Sequence record: SRR20825019_994
Direction: 5' to 3' (one strand)
DNA: 52,387 bases
Part shown: positions 8,933 through 19,771 of the stretch, one piece after another
Position numbering within the stretch: position 1 is the stretch's first letter
How the letters are laid out: the number at the start of each line of letters is the position of its first letter
Notes under the pieces: generated by a model
Seen by the model: the letters and a program-made list of their open reading frames with translations, nothing else
Told to the model about the DNA's origin: nothing
The model's database searches: none
Made by a program: the position numbers and the translations under genes

Positions 8933-9934
8933 ATGACCGAAACCTCCAGCCATCCTTACGACGCCCTTACCCCCGATACCATTCTTGATGCCCTGGAAGA
9001 CGCCGGATTTGTGGTCAGTGGACGCCTGTTTGCCCTCAACAGCTACGAGAACCGTGTTTACCAGATTGGTATTGAAGACCAGCCACCGGTAATCGCCAAG
9101 TTTTACCGTCCGGGGCGCTGGAGCGAAGCCCAGATCCGGGAAGAACATCAGTTTACCGTCCAGTTGCTCAACGCCGATATTCCGGTCGTGGCGCCCATGG
9201 CTATGCCCTCCGGCGATACACTGGGCCGTTGCGGGGACTTTCTGTTTGCCGTATTTCAGCAGCGGGGCGGGCAGGCGCCCGACACCAGCGTGACAGATAC
9301 CCTGTACCGCCTCGGCCAGTGGCTGGGCCAGCTCCACAATATCGGTGACACTGAGCCCTTCAACCATCGCCCGGTTATGTCGATTCTTTCGGGCATTGAG
9401 GATAACAATCGGTTCCTTACGGAAAACCGCTGGATTCCAGATGACCTTCGGCCAGCGTGGGACTCGCTGATTCCCGATCTTGTCGACCACTGCGCCCGTC
9501 GGATCGATGACGCTGGCGAGGTGCACTCCCTGAGAATTCATGGTGACTGCCACGCCGGCAACATCCTCTGCCGCGAGGAACAGATGCTGTTTGTCGACCT
9601 GGACGATTGCCGTACCGGGCCTGCGATTCAGGATTTGTGGCTGTTACTGAACGGTGATGACGTTGAACGTGGCCAGCAATTTGGTGAACTACTGGAAGGC
9701 TACGAGATGTTCCGCGATTTCAATCGTCGTGAGCGTCATCTGATTGAACCCATGCGCTGCTTCCGGCAGATTTCCCACTGCACCTGGCTGGCCAAGCGCT
9801 GGGACGACCCGGCCTTCCCGCGTTTCTTCCCCTGGTTTGCCCAGCCGCGTTTCTGGTCCGACCAGATCCTGTCACTTCGGGAACAACTGGCGGCGCTACA
9901 GGCCCCTTCCATTCATGTACCCGGCCAATATTGA
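8933..9934 (+). CDS. srkA: Stress response Ser/Thr kinase SrkA (RdoA/YihE)
   Basis: LNSYENRVYQ, KFYRPGRWS, IHGDCHAGN, VDLDD, AIQDLW, RWDDPAFP. Confidence 0.95.
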   Translation: MTETSSHPYDALTPDTILDALEDAGFVVSGRLFALNSYENRVYQIGIEDQPPVIAKFYRPGRWSEAQIREEHQFTVQLLNADIPVVAPMAMPSGDTLGRCGDFLFAVFQQRGGQAPDTSVTDTLYRLGQWLGQLHNIGDTEPFNHRPVMSILSGIEDNNRFLTENRWIPDDLRPAWDSLIPDLVDHCARRIDDAGEVHSLRIHGDCHAGNILCREEQMLFVDLDDCRTGPAIQDLWLLLNGDDVERGQQFGELLEGYEMFRDFNRRERHLIEPMRCFRQISHCTWLAKRWDDPAFPRFFPWFAQPRFWSDQILSLREQLAALQAPSIHVPGQY

Positions 9935-9967
9935 GGCCACTATTACCGACAGACCGGAGACCAACCG

Positions 9968-10339
9968 ATGAGCCAAAGTGAGGCCCGATTTACCGTCCGC
10001 AGCCTGATTGTCACTGCCATTGCCACCATCATCGTTACCATCGTGGTTTTGGAGGCCAGCGGGCGGATTGATCATGCCGAGAATAAGGATCATGTGCCGG
10101 TGGGGGAATTTGAGGCCGTTCACATCAAACCTGGCGAAGAGTTCCGCATGTCGCCCAAGTCATCGGAACTCCACGCTGTCTGCGAACAGGGGTATCTGGC
10201 CATCGCCGCCGATGTGGACCCGGAGTTCCGGGGCATCCTCGTTGATTACAAGAACCGGGGCGTACGCTGCAGCCGAGGCCCGACACCCGCACACGACAGG
10301 CCTGTCCATGAGGGCCAGGAGCCAGCAGACAATGGCTGA
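9968..10339 (+). CDS. Hypothetical membrane-anchored protein
   Basis: SD GGAG, N-terminal TM, two Cys in the soluble part; overlaps the cmoA start by 8 nt. Confidence 0.75.
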   Translation: MSQSEARFTVRSLIVTAIATIIVTIVVLEASGRIDHAENKDHVPVGEFEAVHIKPGEEFRMSPKSSELHAVCEQGYLAIAADVDPEFRGILVDYKNRGVRCSRGPTPAHDRPVHEGQEPADNG

Positions 10340-11087
10340 CAGGAACAAAAAACCGGGCCAGGCGCTGGACCGTCTGTTCGCCACTGAACGGGAAACCGGA
10401 GAATTCCGGTTTGACACATCGGTGGCTCGGGTATTTCCGGACATGATCCGGCGCTCAGTACCGGGTTACACCACGATTATTCCAATGATTGAAGTGATCA
10501 CCGAACAGTATGCCCGCCCGGGCAGTCACTGCTACGATCTCGGCTGCTCTCTCGGCGCCTCCACTCTGGCCATGCGCCATGGCATTGGGGACCGCGACTG
10601 CACCCTTACAGGCGTGGACAACTCGGCTGCCATGATTGAGCGTTGCGAGCATTATATTGCTCTGGACGACCACCCATTGCCGGTTTCGCTGCGGTGCGAG
10701 GACATCCTCGACACCCCGATTGAGAACGCGTCGGTGACCACCCTGAACTTCACACTGCAGTTCGTGGCGCCAGACAGACGCGCAGAACTGATGGCTCGCA
10801 TCGCCGACGCCACACTGCCCGGCGGAGTACTGATCCTCTCCGAGAAAATTCGCTTTGAATCCGATTCCGAGCAATCAACACAGACCCAACTCCATCACGA
10901 GTTCAAACGGGCCAACGGCTATTCCGACCTGGAGATCAGTCAGAAGCGTTCCGCCCTGGAACAGGTACTGATACCGGAAACCCTGGCCGAACACCGTGAG
11001 AGACTGATAAACGCAGGATTTAGTCAGGTTATGGTGTGGTACCAGTGTTTCAACTTTGTCTCCATGCTCGCCATTAAATCGCACTGA
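10332..11087 (+). CDS. cmoA: Carboxy-S-adenosyl-L-methionine synthase
   Basis: VFPDMIRRSVPGY, YDLGCSLGA, NFTLQF, FKRANGYSDLEISQKR. Real start is the ATG at 10332. Confidence 0.96.
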   Translation: MADRNKKPGQALDRLFATERETGEFRFDTSVARVFPDMIRRSVPGYTTIIPMIEVITEQYARPGSHCYDLGCSLGASTLAMRHGIGDRDCTLTGVDNSAAMIERCEHYIALDDHPLPVSLRCEDILDTPIENASVTTLNFTLQFVAPDRRAELMARIADATLPGGVLILSEKIRFESDSEQSTQTQLHHEFKRANGYSDLEISQKRSALEQVLIPETLAEHRERLINAGFSQVMVWYQCFNFVSMLAIKSH

Positions 11088-11098
11088 ACGGAGCCTCC

Positions 11099-12094
11099 AT
11101 GACGACCTTCAACTGGCAGGGGTGCTTTGCCCCGCTGCTTGACGATCTTGATAGCCGTGGCCTTGAGCGCTGGCGAAAGCAACTGCAGCAACAGCTACAA
11201 AAGCGCTTTGACGACAACCCTCATGGGGATATTGCCCGATGGAACCGGGCTCTGGACACCCTGCCCCACATTGGTGATGCCACGGCGAACCTGAACCAGT
11301 CGGCCATTACCCTGAACTCCGACCAGCCCCTCAGCACAGAAGACCGTGCAAAGCTCGAAGAAGGGCTGCGAGGACTGATGCCCTGGCGTAAGGGCCCGTT
11401 CGAATTCTTTGGCACCTATATCGATACCGAGTGGCGTTCTGACTGGAAATGGGACCGCGTCGCTCCCTACCTGTCAGACCTGAGTAGTCGGCAGATACTG
11501 GATGTCGGTTGCGGCTCTGGCTATCACTGTTGGCGCATGCTGGGCGAAGGAGCCGGCCGGGTGATTGGCATCGACCCAGGACTGTTATTCCTGTTCCAGT
11601 TTCTCAGCGTCAAACAGTATGCAGGCCAGGAGCAGCGCATTGATCTGCTCCCGGTGCGCGTAGAGGATCTGCCGCCAAAGCTGGAAGCATTCGACACCAC
11701 TTTCTCAATGGGTGTGCTCTACCACCGTCGCTCACCACTTGATCACTTACTGGAACTGAAAGACACACTCCGCCCGGGTGGCGAACTGGTGCTGGAAACG
11801 CTGATAGCGGATGGGCCGGAAGGTTACAGCCTGATGCCGGAGGACCGCTACGGCCAGATGCGCAACGTCTGGTTCCTGCCCAGCTGCGACACTCTGTTGC
11901 GCTGGCTGGACCGAACCGGTTTTTGCAACGCCCGCGTGGTGGATGTGACAGAAACCACGATCGAGGAGCAACGCAGCACTGACTGGATGCAATTCCAGTC
12001 GCTGCAGGACTTTCTCGACCCGGACGACCCAACGAAGACCGTGGAAGGTTATCCGGGTCCGAAAAGGGCGACGGTTATCGCGGACAAGCCCTGA
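11099..12094 (+). CDS. cmoB: tRNA U34 carboxymethyltransferase
   Basis: PWRKGPF, IDTEWRSDWKW, DVGCGSGYH, MGVLYHRRSP, RYGQMRNVWFLPS. Confidence 0.97.
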   Translation: MTTFNWQGCFAPLLDDLDSRGLERWRKQLQQQLQKRFDDNPHGDIARWNRALDTLPHIGDATANLNQSAITLNSDQPLSTEDRAKLEEGLRGLMPWRKGPFEFFGTYIDTEWRSDWKWDRVAPYLSDLSSRQILDVGCGSGYHCWRMLGEGAGRVIGIDPGLLFLFQFLSVKQYAGQEQRIDLLPVRVEDLPPKLEAFDTTFSMGVLYHRRSPLDHLLELKDTLRPGGELVLETLIADGPEGYSLMPEDRYGQMRNVWFLPSCDTLLRWLDRTGFCNARVVDVTETTIEEQRSTDWMQFQSLQDFLDPDDPTKTVEGYPGPKRATVIADKP

Positions 12095-12119
12095 AGGTGT
12101 CCGCGACAACCCAGGAAGG

Positions 12120-13424
<1,305 letters not shown>

Positions 13425-13497
13425 TCAGTGCGGCCCCGCCAATTGATGGGGTGCCCGCAGGTTTACCTGTAAATGAGTGGCCCGACCCCGAAGGTCA

Positions 13498-14679
13498 TCA
13501 GTCCAACTGCTCCACGACCCACTGGCCGTCTCGCTTCACCAGGGCACGATCGCAATTGCGCGTGCCAGGATCAACGCCCTCGTCTTCCGGCAGGGCGCGG
13601 ATAACCGTCTCCGTCATCCGCAGGCCGGAAATCACGCCATCCAGCGCAGGATCTTCGGTGGCTGGCGCCCATATGGCCTTGCCAGCGCGGCCGGTTCGCT
13701 GACCAAGTGAGACCAGCGCACGGATATCAAGACTAAAGCCCGTCGCCGGACGTGCACGGCCGAAATCACTGCCAATGGCATCGTAGCGACCGCCCTTGGC
13801 AACCGCGTCACCATGCCCCGGCACATAGGCCGCAAACACCAGCCCGGTATGGTAGTTGTATCCTCGAAGCTCACAAAAATCGAACCCGAAGCTTACCTCT
13901 GGATAGCTCGCGGACAGCATATCCGCCACTCGATCCAGTTGATCCAGCGCCTGACGAAGCGGTTCCGGCGCCCCTTCAAGAATGCGCTTTGCCTCACGCA
14001 GGGCATCCTTCCCACCGCTGACTCTGGCCAGCTCTCTGAGCATGCCGCCAGCAGAACCCGGTGGGCACCCGCCCAGCAATTCATCCAGTTCCGGCACAGA
14101 CTTACGGGCCATGGCATCAAAGATGGCCGCGCCGGTATCGCGATCAAACCCGGCCTCTCCAACCAATGTCTCGTAGATCGCGACATGGGCAAGATCCAGA
14201 TGGATTCTGGGCAAACCCGATACACGCAGGGTTTCAAGCATCAGGCTGATCACTTCCAGATCCGCCGATTCGGAGGCGCTACCAAACAGCTCGCAACCCG
14301 CCTGGATGGGCGTGCGCCCTGTCAGCATATGGCGCGGTCGGGTGTGGAGCACATGGCCGGCATAACACAGCCGCGTAATACCTTCCTGGCCGAGGGTATG
14401 GGCATCAATGCGTGCTGCCTGCGGCGTCATGTCCGCACGCAGCCCCATCATCCGGCCGGTCAGCTGATCAGTCAGCTTGAAGGTCTGAAGCTCCAGGTCG
14501 TGCCCGGTGCCCGTAAAAAGTGATTCGAGGTATTCGATCAACGGCGGGATAACCAGCTGGTAACCCCAACGCTGGCAGGTATCCATTACATCCCGGCGCA
14601 GGGATTCAATCTGTCCAGCCAATGGCGGAAGGATGTCTTCCACGCCATCAGGCAGTAGCCAGCGATCAGATACTGTCAT
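13498..14679 (-). CDS. hisZ: ATP phosphoribosyltransferase regulatory subunit
   Basis: RWLLPDGVEDILP, LRADMTPQAARIDAH, GGRYD, RPATGFS; directly upstream of purA. Confidence 0.95.
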   Translation of the reverse strand: MTVSDRWLLPDGVEDILPPLAGQIESLRRDVMDTCQRWGYQLVIPPLIEYLESLFTGTGHDLELQTFKLTDQLTGRMMGLRADMTPQAARIDAHTLGQEGITRLCYAGHVLHTRPRHMLTGRTPIQAGCELFGSASESADLEVISLMLETLRVSGLPRIHLDLAHVAIYETLVGEAGFDRDTGAAIFDAMARKSVPELDELLGGCPPGSAGGMLRELARVSGGKDALREAKRILEGAPEPLRQALDQLDRVADMLSASYPEVSFGFDFCELRGYNYHTGLVFAAYVPGHGDAVAKGGRYDAIGSDFGRARPATGFSLDIRALVSLGQRTGRAGKAIWAPATEDPALDGVISGLRMTETVIRALPEDEGVDPGTRNCDRALVKRDGQWVVEQLD

Positions 14680-14810
14680 GAGATTCGGTTGTCCGTTCTG
14701 TCCCGGGGCGGAAGCTTCTTGCCGCGAGAGTGCACAGGATTTAGGGCGATGCTCGGGGAAAGATAAAAACCCGAACCAAAACCGGCAGAATTTTACACTG
14801 TTGGCAGACA

Positions 14811-14845
14811 CAAAAAAACCGGAATACCGAGGTATTCCGGTTTTG
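14811..14845 (-). terminator. Rho-independent terminator after hflC
   Basis: AAAACCGGAATACC-GA-GGTATTCCGGTTTT hairpin with a T7 tract on the minus strand. Confidence 0.85.
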
Positions 14846-14863
14846 TCACTACCATCGTCGTGG

Positions 14864-15742
14864 TTAGCGGTTTCCCTGAGGGTCCTTCAGGAACTTCAGG
14901 AAGTCGCTATCAGTGTCGATGACCATGATGTCGTCTTCATTGGCAAAGGTGTTCTGATAGGCTTCCAGACTGCGGTAGAAGCTATAGAACTCGCTGTTAG
15001 ACCCATAGGCATCGGCATAGATCTGGGCGGCCTGAGCATCACCTTCACCACGCATTTCCTCAGCCTTGGCAAAGGCTTCCGCCAGGATAACGGTGCGCTG
15101 GCGATCAGCATCCGCGCGAATACCCTCCGCCAACTCGCGACCGCGGGAGCGGAATTCCTGCGCCAGTTTCTCGCGCTCGGTCGCCATTCGACGATAGACG
15201 TTCTGGCTCACCTGCCCCGGGAATTCAATGGCTTTGACGCGGATATCCACCACTTCAATGCCAAATTCCTTGAGCGACGTTTCGTTCACCCGGTCACGCA
15301 GGGTGTGCATCAGCTCGTCACGCTGGCCGGAAACGACCTCGACCATGGTCCGAACACCGAACTCATCCCGCAGGCCGTTATCCACGCGAGACAACAGCAG
15401 CTCGGAGGCGCGGTATTCGTCACCACCAGTGGCCCGGTAGAACTGATCCACGTTGCGGATTTTCCAGGCGATGTAGGAATCGACGTCCAGCGGCTTCTTC
15501 TCGATGGTCAAATACTGACGCGATGGAAGATCCGTTGTCAGCAATCGGATGTCGAATTCCCGGACCTGATCAATGACCGGCACCTTGAAGTGAAGCCCGG
15601 CTGAAATATCCGTTTCGATCAACTCACCGAACCGCAGCAGCACGCCACGATGGGTTTCCGGGATAATGTAAACACTGGAGAGCGTAACCAGTACGACAAT
15701 CAGGGCGCCTGCAAGGCCCACAATACTTTTGGGTCCCATCAT
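14864..15742 (-). CDS. hflC: Protease modulator HflC
   Basis: SPFH domain with N-terminal TM, RMATER, EFYSFYRSLEAY. Confidence 0.97.
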   Translation of the reverse strand: MMGPKSIVGLAGALIVVLVTLSSVYIIPETHRGVLLRFGELIETDISAGLHFKVPVIDQVREFDIRLLTTDLPSRQYLTIEKKPLDVDSYIAWKIRNVDQFYRATGGDEYRASELLLSRVDNGLRDEFGVRTMVEVVSGQRDELMHTLRDRVNETSLKEFGIEVVDIRVKAIEFPGQVSQNVYRRMATEREKLAQEFRSRGRELAEGIRADADRQRTVILAEAFAKAEEMRGEGDAQAAQIYADAYGSNSEFYSFYRSLEAYQNTFANEDDIMVIDTDSDFLKFLKDPQGNR

Positions 15743-16935
15743 TATCTGCTCCTCCGAACGCCACTATCCTGCCTGCCACGCAGCTCCTGAATCACCTGAT
15801 CTGACAGGGTCTTGATGTCGATGTCACTGCCGGAGCTTCCGGAACCGCTCTGGCTGCCGGTGCTGGCACCGGAACGGTTAGTCAGCCTATCCAGAGGCAG
15901 GTACATCATATTGTCGCTGCTCTGGGTGTCCACCAGCACTTTGCTGGTATTCGACAGAACCCCTTCAAGCGCCTGGATGTACATACGCTCGCGAGTGACT
16001 TCCGGCGCAGTCTGATACACACCAAGAACCGCCAGGAAACGTGAGGTTTCACCACGGGCACGCTCAATCACTTCTTCCTTGTAGGCCGCCGCTTCCTCGG
16101 TCAAGCGCTGTGCCCGGCCACGAGCCTCGGGGACCACTTTATTGCGGTAGGTTTCAGCTTCTTCCTTGACCTGCTGCTCGTCCTCACGGGCGCGCTGCAC
16201 TTCACGGAAGGCATCCTGCACCGCATCGGGTGGCTGAGTGCTCTCGACGTTTACACGGACAATGGTCAAGCCAGTGCCGTATTCTTCCAGGAAGCTCTGC
16301 AGGCGCTGCTCCACGCGAACGGCCAACTCGGCACGACCTTCCGTCAACACGTCATCAAGTGTTGAGCTACCAACTTCATGGCGCAAGGCGCTGTCAGTAG
16401 CAAACGCCAATGCCTGGTTGGAATCACGGACGTTCAGCACATAAGCCTGAGCATCACCAACACGATACTGGACCTGAAGGTCGACAGAGACGAGGTTCTC
16501 GTCCTGTGTCAGCATCTGGCCTGTAGATTCCGCATTCCGGACGTTCGTCACCCGGACCAGATAAACGCTATCGATCAACGGAACCTTGAAGCGCAGACCC
16601 GGCGTTTCAGTACGACTGAACTCGCCAAAGCGAAGCACAACCGCACGCTCCTGCTCGTTCACGGTGTAGAACGATTGAAAGACCACGTATCCGGCAAAAA
16701 TGATGGCCGCCAACGCCAGGATGGCACCAAAACCGCCGGCGCCACCCGAGGACGAACTGCCGCCACTGCCTCCGGACTTGTTGCCCTTGCCACCCAGCAA
16801 GCGATTGAGCTTGTCGAGACCCTTTTTCAGCGCCTCGTCCAGGTCCGGTGGGCCCTGGTCATTTCCGCCACGACCACCACCAGTACCCCAGGGGTCATTG
16901 TCGTTGCGGTTTCCACCCGGTTCATTCCAGGCCAT
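15742..16935 (-). CDS. hflK: Protease modulator HflK
   Basis: MAWNEPG...DPWG...GPPDLDE, MLTQDENLV, APEVTRERMY, YLPLD. Confidence 0.97.
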   Translation of the reverse strand: MAWNEPGGNRNDNDPWGTGGGRGGNDQGPPDLDEALKKGLDKLNRLLGGKGNKSGGSGGSSSSGGAGGFGAILALAAIIFAGYVVFQSFYTVNEQERAVVLRFGEFSRTETPGLRFKVPLIDSVYLVRVTNVRNAESTGQMLTQDENLVSVDLQVQYRVGDAQAYVLNVRDSNQALAFATDSALRHEVGSSTLDDVLTEGRAELAVRVEQRLQSFLEEYGTGLTIVRVNVESTQPPDAVQDAFREVQRAREDEQQVKEEAETYRNKVVPEARGRAQRLTEEAAAYKEEVIERARGETSRFLAVLGVYQTAPEVTRERMYIQALEGVLSNTSKVLVDTQSSDNMMYLPLDRLTNRSGASTGSQSGSGSSGSDIDIKTLSDQVIQELRGRQDSGVRRSR

Positions 16936-17013
16936 AGTGTTCTCCGTTCCAAACTAATCGAATGGCTGCAAATACTAGGGATTTATAAGCGCCCCGGCAA
17001 TAGCACAGCCGGC

Positions 17014-18312
17014 CTATGTACGTTGTTCTTCAAGCCTTACATCATTTTCGCGCACGCCAGCGCGGCTCAAAAGCTGTAACCAGTCACGATGCTGAAGGCG
17101 TACTTCCAGTACCGAATCCCCGCTATCGCGGTGACTTTCCGTCACGACAGAGCCCGCTTCATGCAAAAGCGCCCGCAACTTGCCGTCCGTCGGGCCCAGC
17201 AGTACGAATTGATGGATCACGTCCTCCGCCAATCGTTCGACGATGGTATCAAACAGGCCTTCAAGACCTTCCCCGGTGACCGCAGAAACCCAGACACGCA
17301 CGGGAACGCCATCTTCGTTGCGCTCAACCCGCGGCTGGAAGTTGTCCAGCAGGTCAATCTTGTTGAAAACCTGCAGCACCGGAATCTCGTCAGCACCTAT
17401 TTCTGCCAGCACTTCTTCCACCTGCTCCATGTTCTCGTCACGCCGGTGATCGTGGCAGTCGATTATGTGGAGCAGAATTGAGGCTTCGGTGGTTTCTTCC
17501 AGGGTGGCACGGAAGGCTTCAACCAGCTTGTGGGGAAGATGACGGATAAAGCCGACAGTGTCGGCCATTACGACCGGGCCAATGTCAGGAAGTTCCAGGC
17601 GCCTCAGCGTCGGGTCCAGGGTCGCAAACAGCTGATCCGCCGCGTAAACGGTTGACGTTGTTATGCGGTTAAACAGCGTGGACTTGCCCGCGTTGGTGTA
17701 GCCCACCAGTGAGACGGTTGGAATATCCGCACGCATCCGGGCCCGGCGACCCTGGTTACGCTGTTTACGGACCTTTTCAAGGCGGCGATGAATGGACTTG
17801 ATACGCTCCCGCAGCAACCGCCGGTCCGTCTCCAACTGGGTTTCACCCGGGCCACGCAACCCGATACCACCCTTCTGGCGCTCAAGGTGCGTCCAACCCC
17901 GAATAAGGCGGGTCGACATATGCTCAAGTTGAGCCAGTTCCACCTGAAGCTTACCTTCATGGGTGCGAGCACGCTGAGCGAAAATATCCAGGATGACGCC
18001 CGTGCGATCGAGCACACGACAGCTCAGCTCACGCTCAATGTTTCGTTCCTGGCTGGGGCTGAGTGCGTGATTGAAAAGCACCACATCCGCTTCGTTGGCG
18101 GTCACGGCATCACGAATCTCTTCCAGCTTCCCCTCGCCGACAAACAGTCTCGGGCTGGGCTGCTTGCGCGAGCCGGTGACAACACCTACGGGTTCGACAC
18201 CGGCAGACCAGACCAGTTCACGGAACTCGCCCAGATCCTCAGCTTCTTCGTGTGAGGAAAACTCGATATGAACGAGAATCGCCCGTTCACCAACGTCGGG
18301 ACGCTCAAACAA
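17014..18312 (-). CDS. hflX: Ribosome rescue GTPase HflX
   Basis: GPGETQLETDRR, GYTNAGKS, FATLDPT, DTVGF, NKID; TTG start. Confidence 0.98.
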   Translation of the reverse strand: MFERPDVGERAILVHIEFSSHEEAEDLGEFRELVWSAGVEPVGVVTGSRKQPSPRLFVGEGKLEEIRDAVTANEADVVLFNHALSPSQERNIERELSCRVLDRTGVILDIFAQRARTHEGKLQVELAQLEHMSTRLIRGWTHLERQKGGIGLRGPGETQLETDRRLLRERIKSIHRRLEKVRKQRNQGRRARMRADIPTVSLVGYTNAGKSTLFNRITTSTVYAADQLFATLDPTLRRLELPDIGPVVMADTVGFIRHLPHKLVEAFRATLEETTEASILLHIIDCHDHRRDENMEQVEEVLAEIGADEIPVLQVFNKIDLLDNFQPRVERNEDGVPVRVWVSAVTGEGLEGLFDTIVERLAEDVIHQFVLLGPTDGKLRALLHEAGSVVTESHRDSGDSVLEVRLQHRDWLQLLSRAGVRENDVRLEEQRT

Positions 18313-18431
18313 GTAGTAACAACTCCAAATCAGTCAGGCTGCACCTGTCACCAAAACAAACACCCGCGGCCCTGGGAGCCTTTTCGGGCCCTTCGGGAGC
18401 GCGGGTGACAACACCGGTGTGCCCGGATAAA

Positions 18432-18680
18432 TCAGTCTTCAGATTCTTCTCCGCCCGGAGCCTGTGGCGGAATACGAACGTTCCGCGCGGGCACCACAGT
18501 GGAAATGGCATGCTTATAGACCATCTGGCTGACAGTGTTTTTCAGCAAAATCACGAACTGGTCAAAAGACTCGATCTGGCCCTGAAGCTTGATACCATTG
18601 ACCAGAAAGATAGAAACCGGAATGCGTTCCTTGCGTAATGCATTAAGGTAAGGGTCTTGTAGAGAGTGCCCTTTTGACAT
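18432..18680 (-). CDS. hfq: RNA chaperone Hfq
   Basis: [34 protein letters not shown]...[18 protein letters not shown]. Confidence 0.99.
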   Translation of the reverse strand: MSKGHSLQDPYLNALRKERIPVSIFLVNGIKLQGQIESFDQFVILLKNTVSQMVYKHAISTVVPARNVRIPPQAPGGEESED

Positions 18681-18720
18681 GTGTTTTCTCCTGTTTATAA
18701 GTAAAGGCAGATCGTCAACT

Positions 18721-19764
18721 TCAATTGTTAAATGTGGTGCGAAACTCAATAATTTTCAAGGCAGTGTCGGACATAAGTTTGTCGCCACTATCCAACCAGT
18801 CCACATCGGACCACTTTCGCAACCAGGTCAGCTGTCGCTTGGCAAGCTGCCGGGTAGCAGCAACGCCCTTGTCCACCATGGTGTCGTAATCATAATCACC
18901 GGCCAGATGTGCCCAGCCCTGACGATATCCGACACAACGCATGGAGGGCAGGCCAGCATTCAGATCACCCCTGGCCTTCAGCACCCTGACCTCATCAAGA
19001 AAACCCGCATTCAGCATGGCGTTGAAACGCAGGGCTATTCTTTCATGGAGCACCCGCCTCTCGGCGGGAGCCATCGCAAGCTGCACTACAGTATACGGAA
19101 GAGACGGCGATTCGTCTGCCTGCCATTGGGTGAAATAGGTGTAATCCTCAATGCCATCGCTGTTCTGACGGTTCTCTGCCTGGTCTCTGCTCGCCTTGTC
19201 CTGCCATATTGAGGAAATCGGCCGTCCCGTCAGACGAATCACCTCAAGTGCCCGAATAAGTCGCTGCCGGTTATTCTGATGAATGAGACCCGCCGCCACA
19301 GGGTCCTGTCGCTCCAGCTCCTGGTGAAGGGCACCCCAGCCTCGCTCCTTCGCCTCCTGCTCAAGGGCCTCCCGGACGACTGGATCAGCAGACGGCAGGT
19401 TGGACATACCATGCAGCAATGCCTTGAAGTACATCATGGTGCCACCCACCAACAACGGAATCCGCCCCGCTGACACAATGTCGTTCATTTCACGCAGGGC
19501 ATCGCGACGGAAGTCCGCTGCCGAGTATGTTTCCGCCGGGTCGCAGATATCAATTAACCGGTGTGGCGCCTGGGAGAGCTCCTCGTGCGAGGGCTTGGCG
19601 GTTCCAATATCCATACCCCGGTAGATCATCGCCGAATCAACACTGATGATATCGCAGGGCAGGTGGCGACAGAGCTCGATGGCCAGGTCGGTCTTGCCCG
19701 AGGCAGTCGGGCCCATCAGGCATATGGCCAGGGGCTTGGTGCCTTTAGCGGTTGATGCCGTCAT
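18721..19764 (-). CDS. miaA: tRNA dimethylallyltransferase
   Basis: [42 protein letters not shown]. Confidence 0.97.
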   Translation of the reverse strand: MTASTAKGTKPLAICLMGPTASGKTDLAIELCRHLPCDIISVDSAMIYRGMDIGTAKPSHEELSQAPHRLIDICDPAETYSAADFRRDALREMNDIVSAGRIPLLVGGTMMYFKALLHGMSNLPSADPVVREALEQEAKERGWGALHQELERQDPVAAGLIHQNNRQRLIRALEVIRLTGRPISSIWQDKASRDQAENRQNSDGIEDYTYFTQWQADESPSLPYTVVQLAMAPAERRVLHERIALRFNAMLNAGFLDEVRVLKARGDLNAGLPSMRCVGYRQGWAHLAGDYDYDTMVDKGVAATRQLAKRQLTWLRKWSDVDWLDSGDKLMSDTALKIIEFRTTFNN

Positions 19765-19771
19765 ACCGGTG

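Noticed and set aside
10008..10331. Apparent N-terminal extension or fusion of CmoA
   Set aside because: It overlaps the 9968-10339 gene in another frame; CmoA homology begins after the ATG at 10332
14633..15604. 323-aa plus-strand ORF
   Set aside because: Antisense to hflC and crosses its terminator; no protein family features
16740..16935. Gly/Ser-rich low-complexity repeats
   Set aside because: Normal HflK N-terminal linker, not a repeat element
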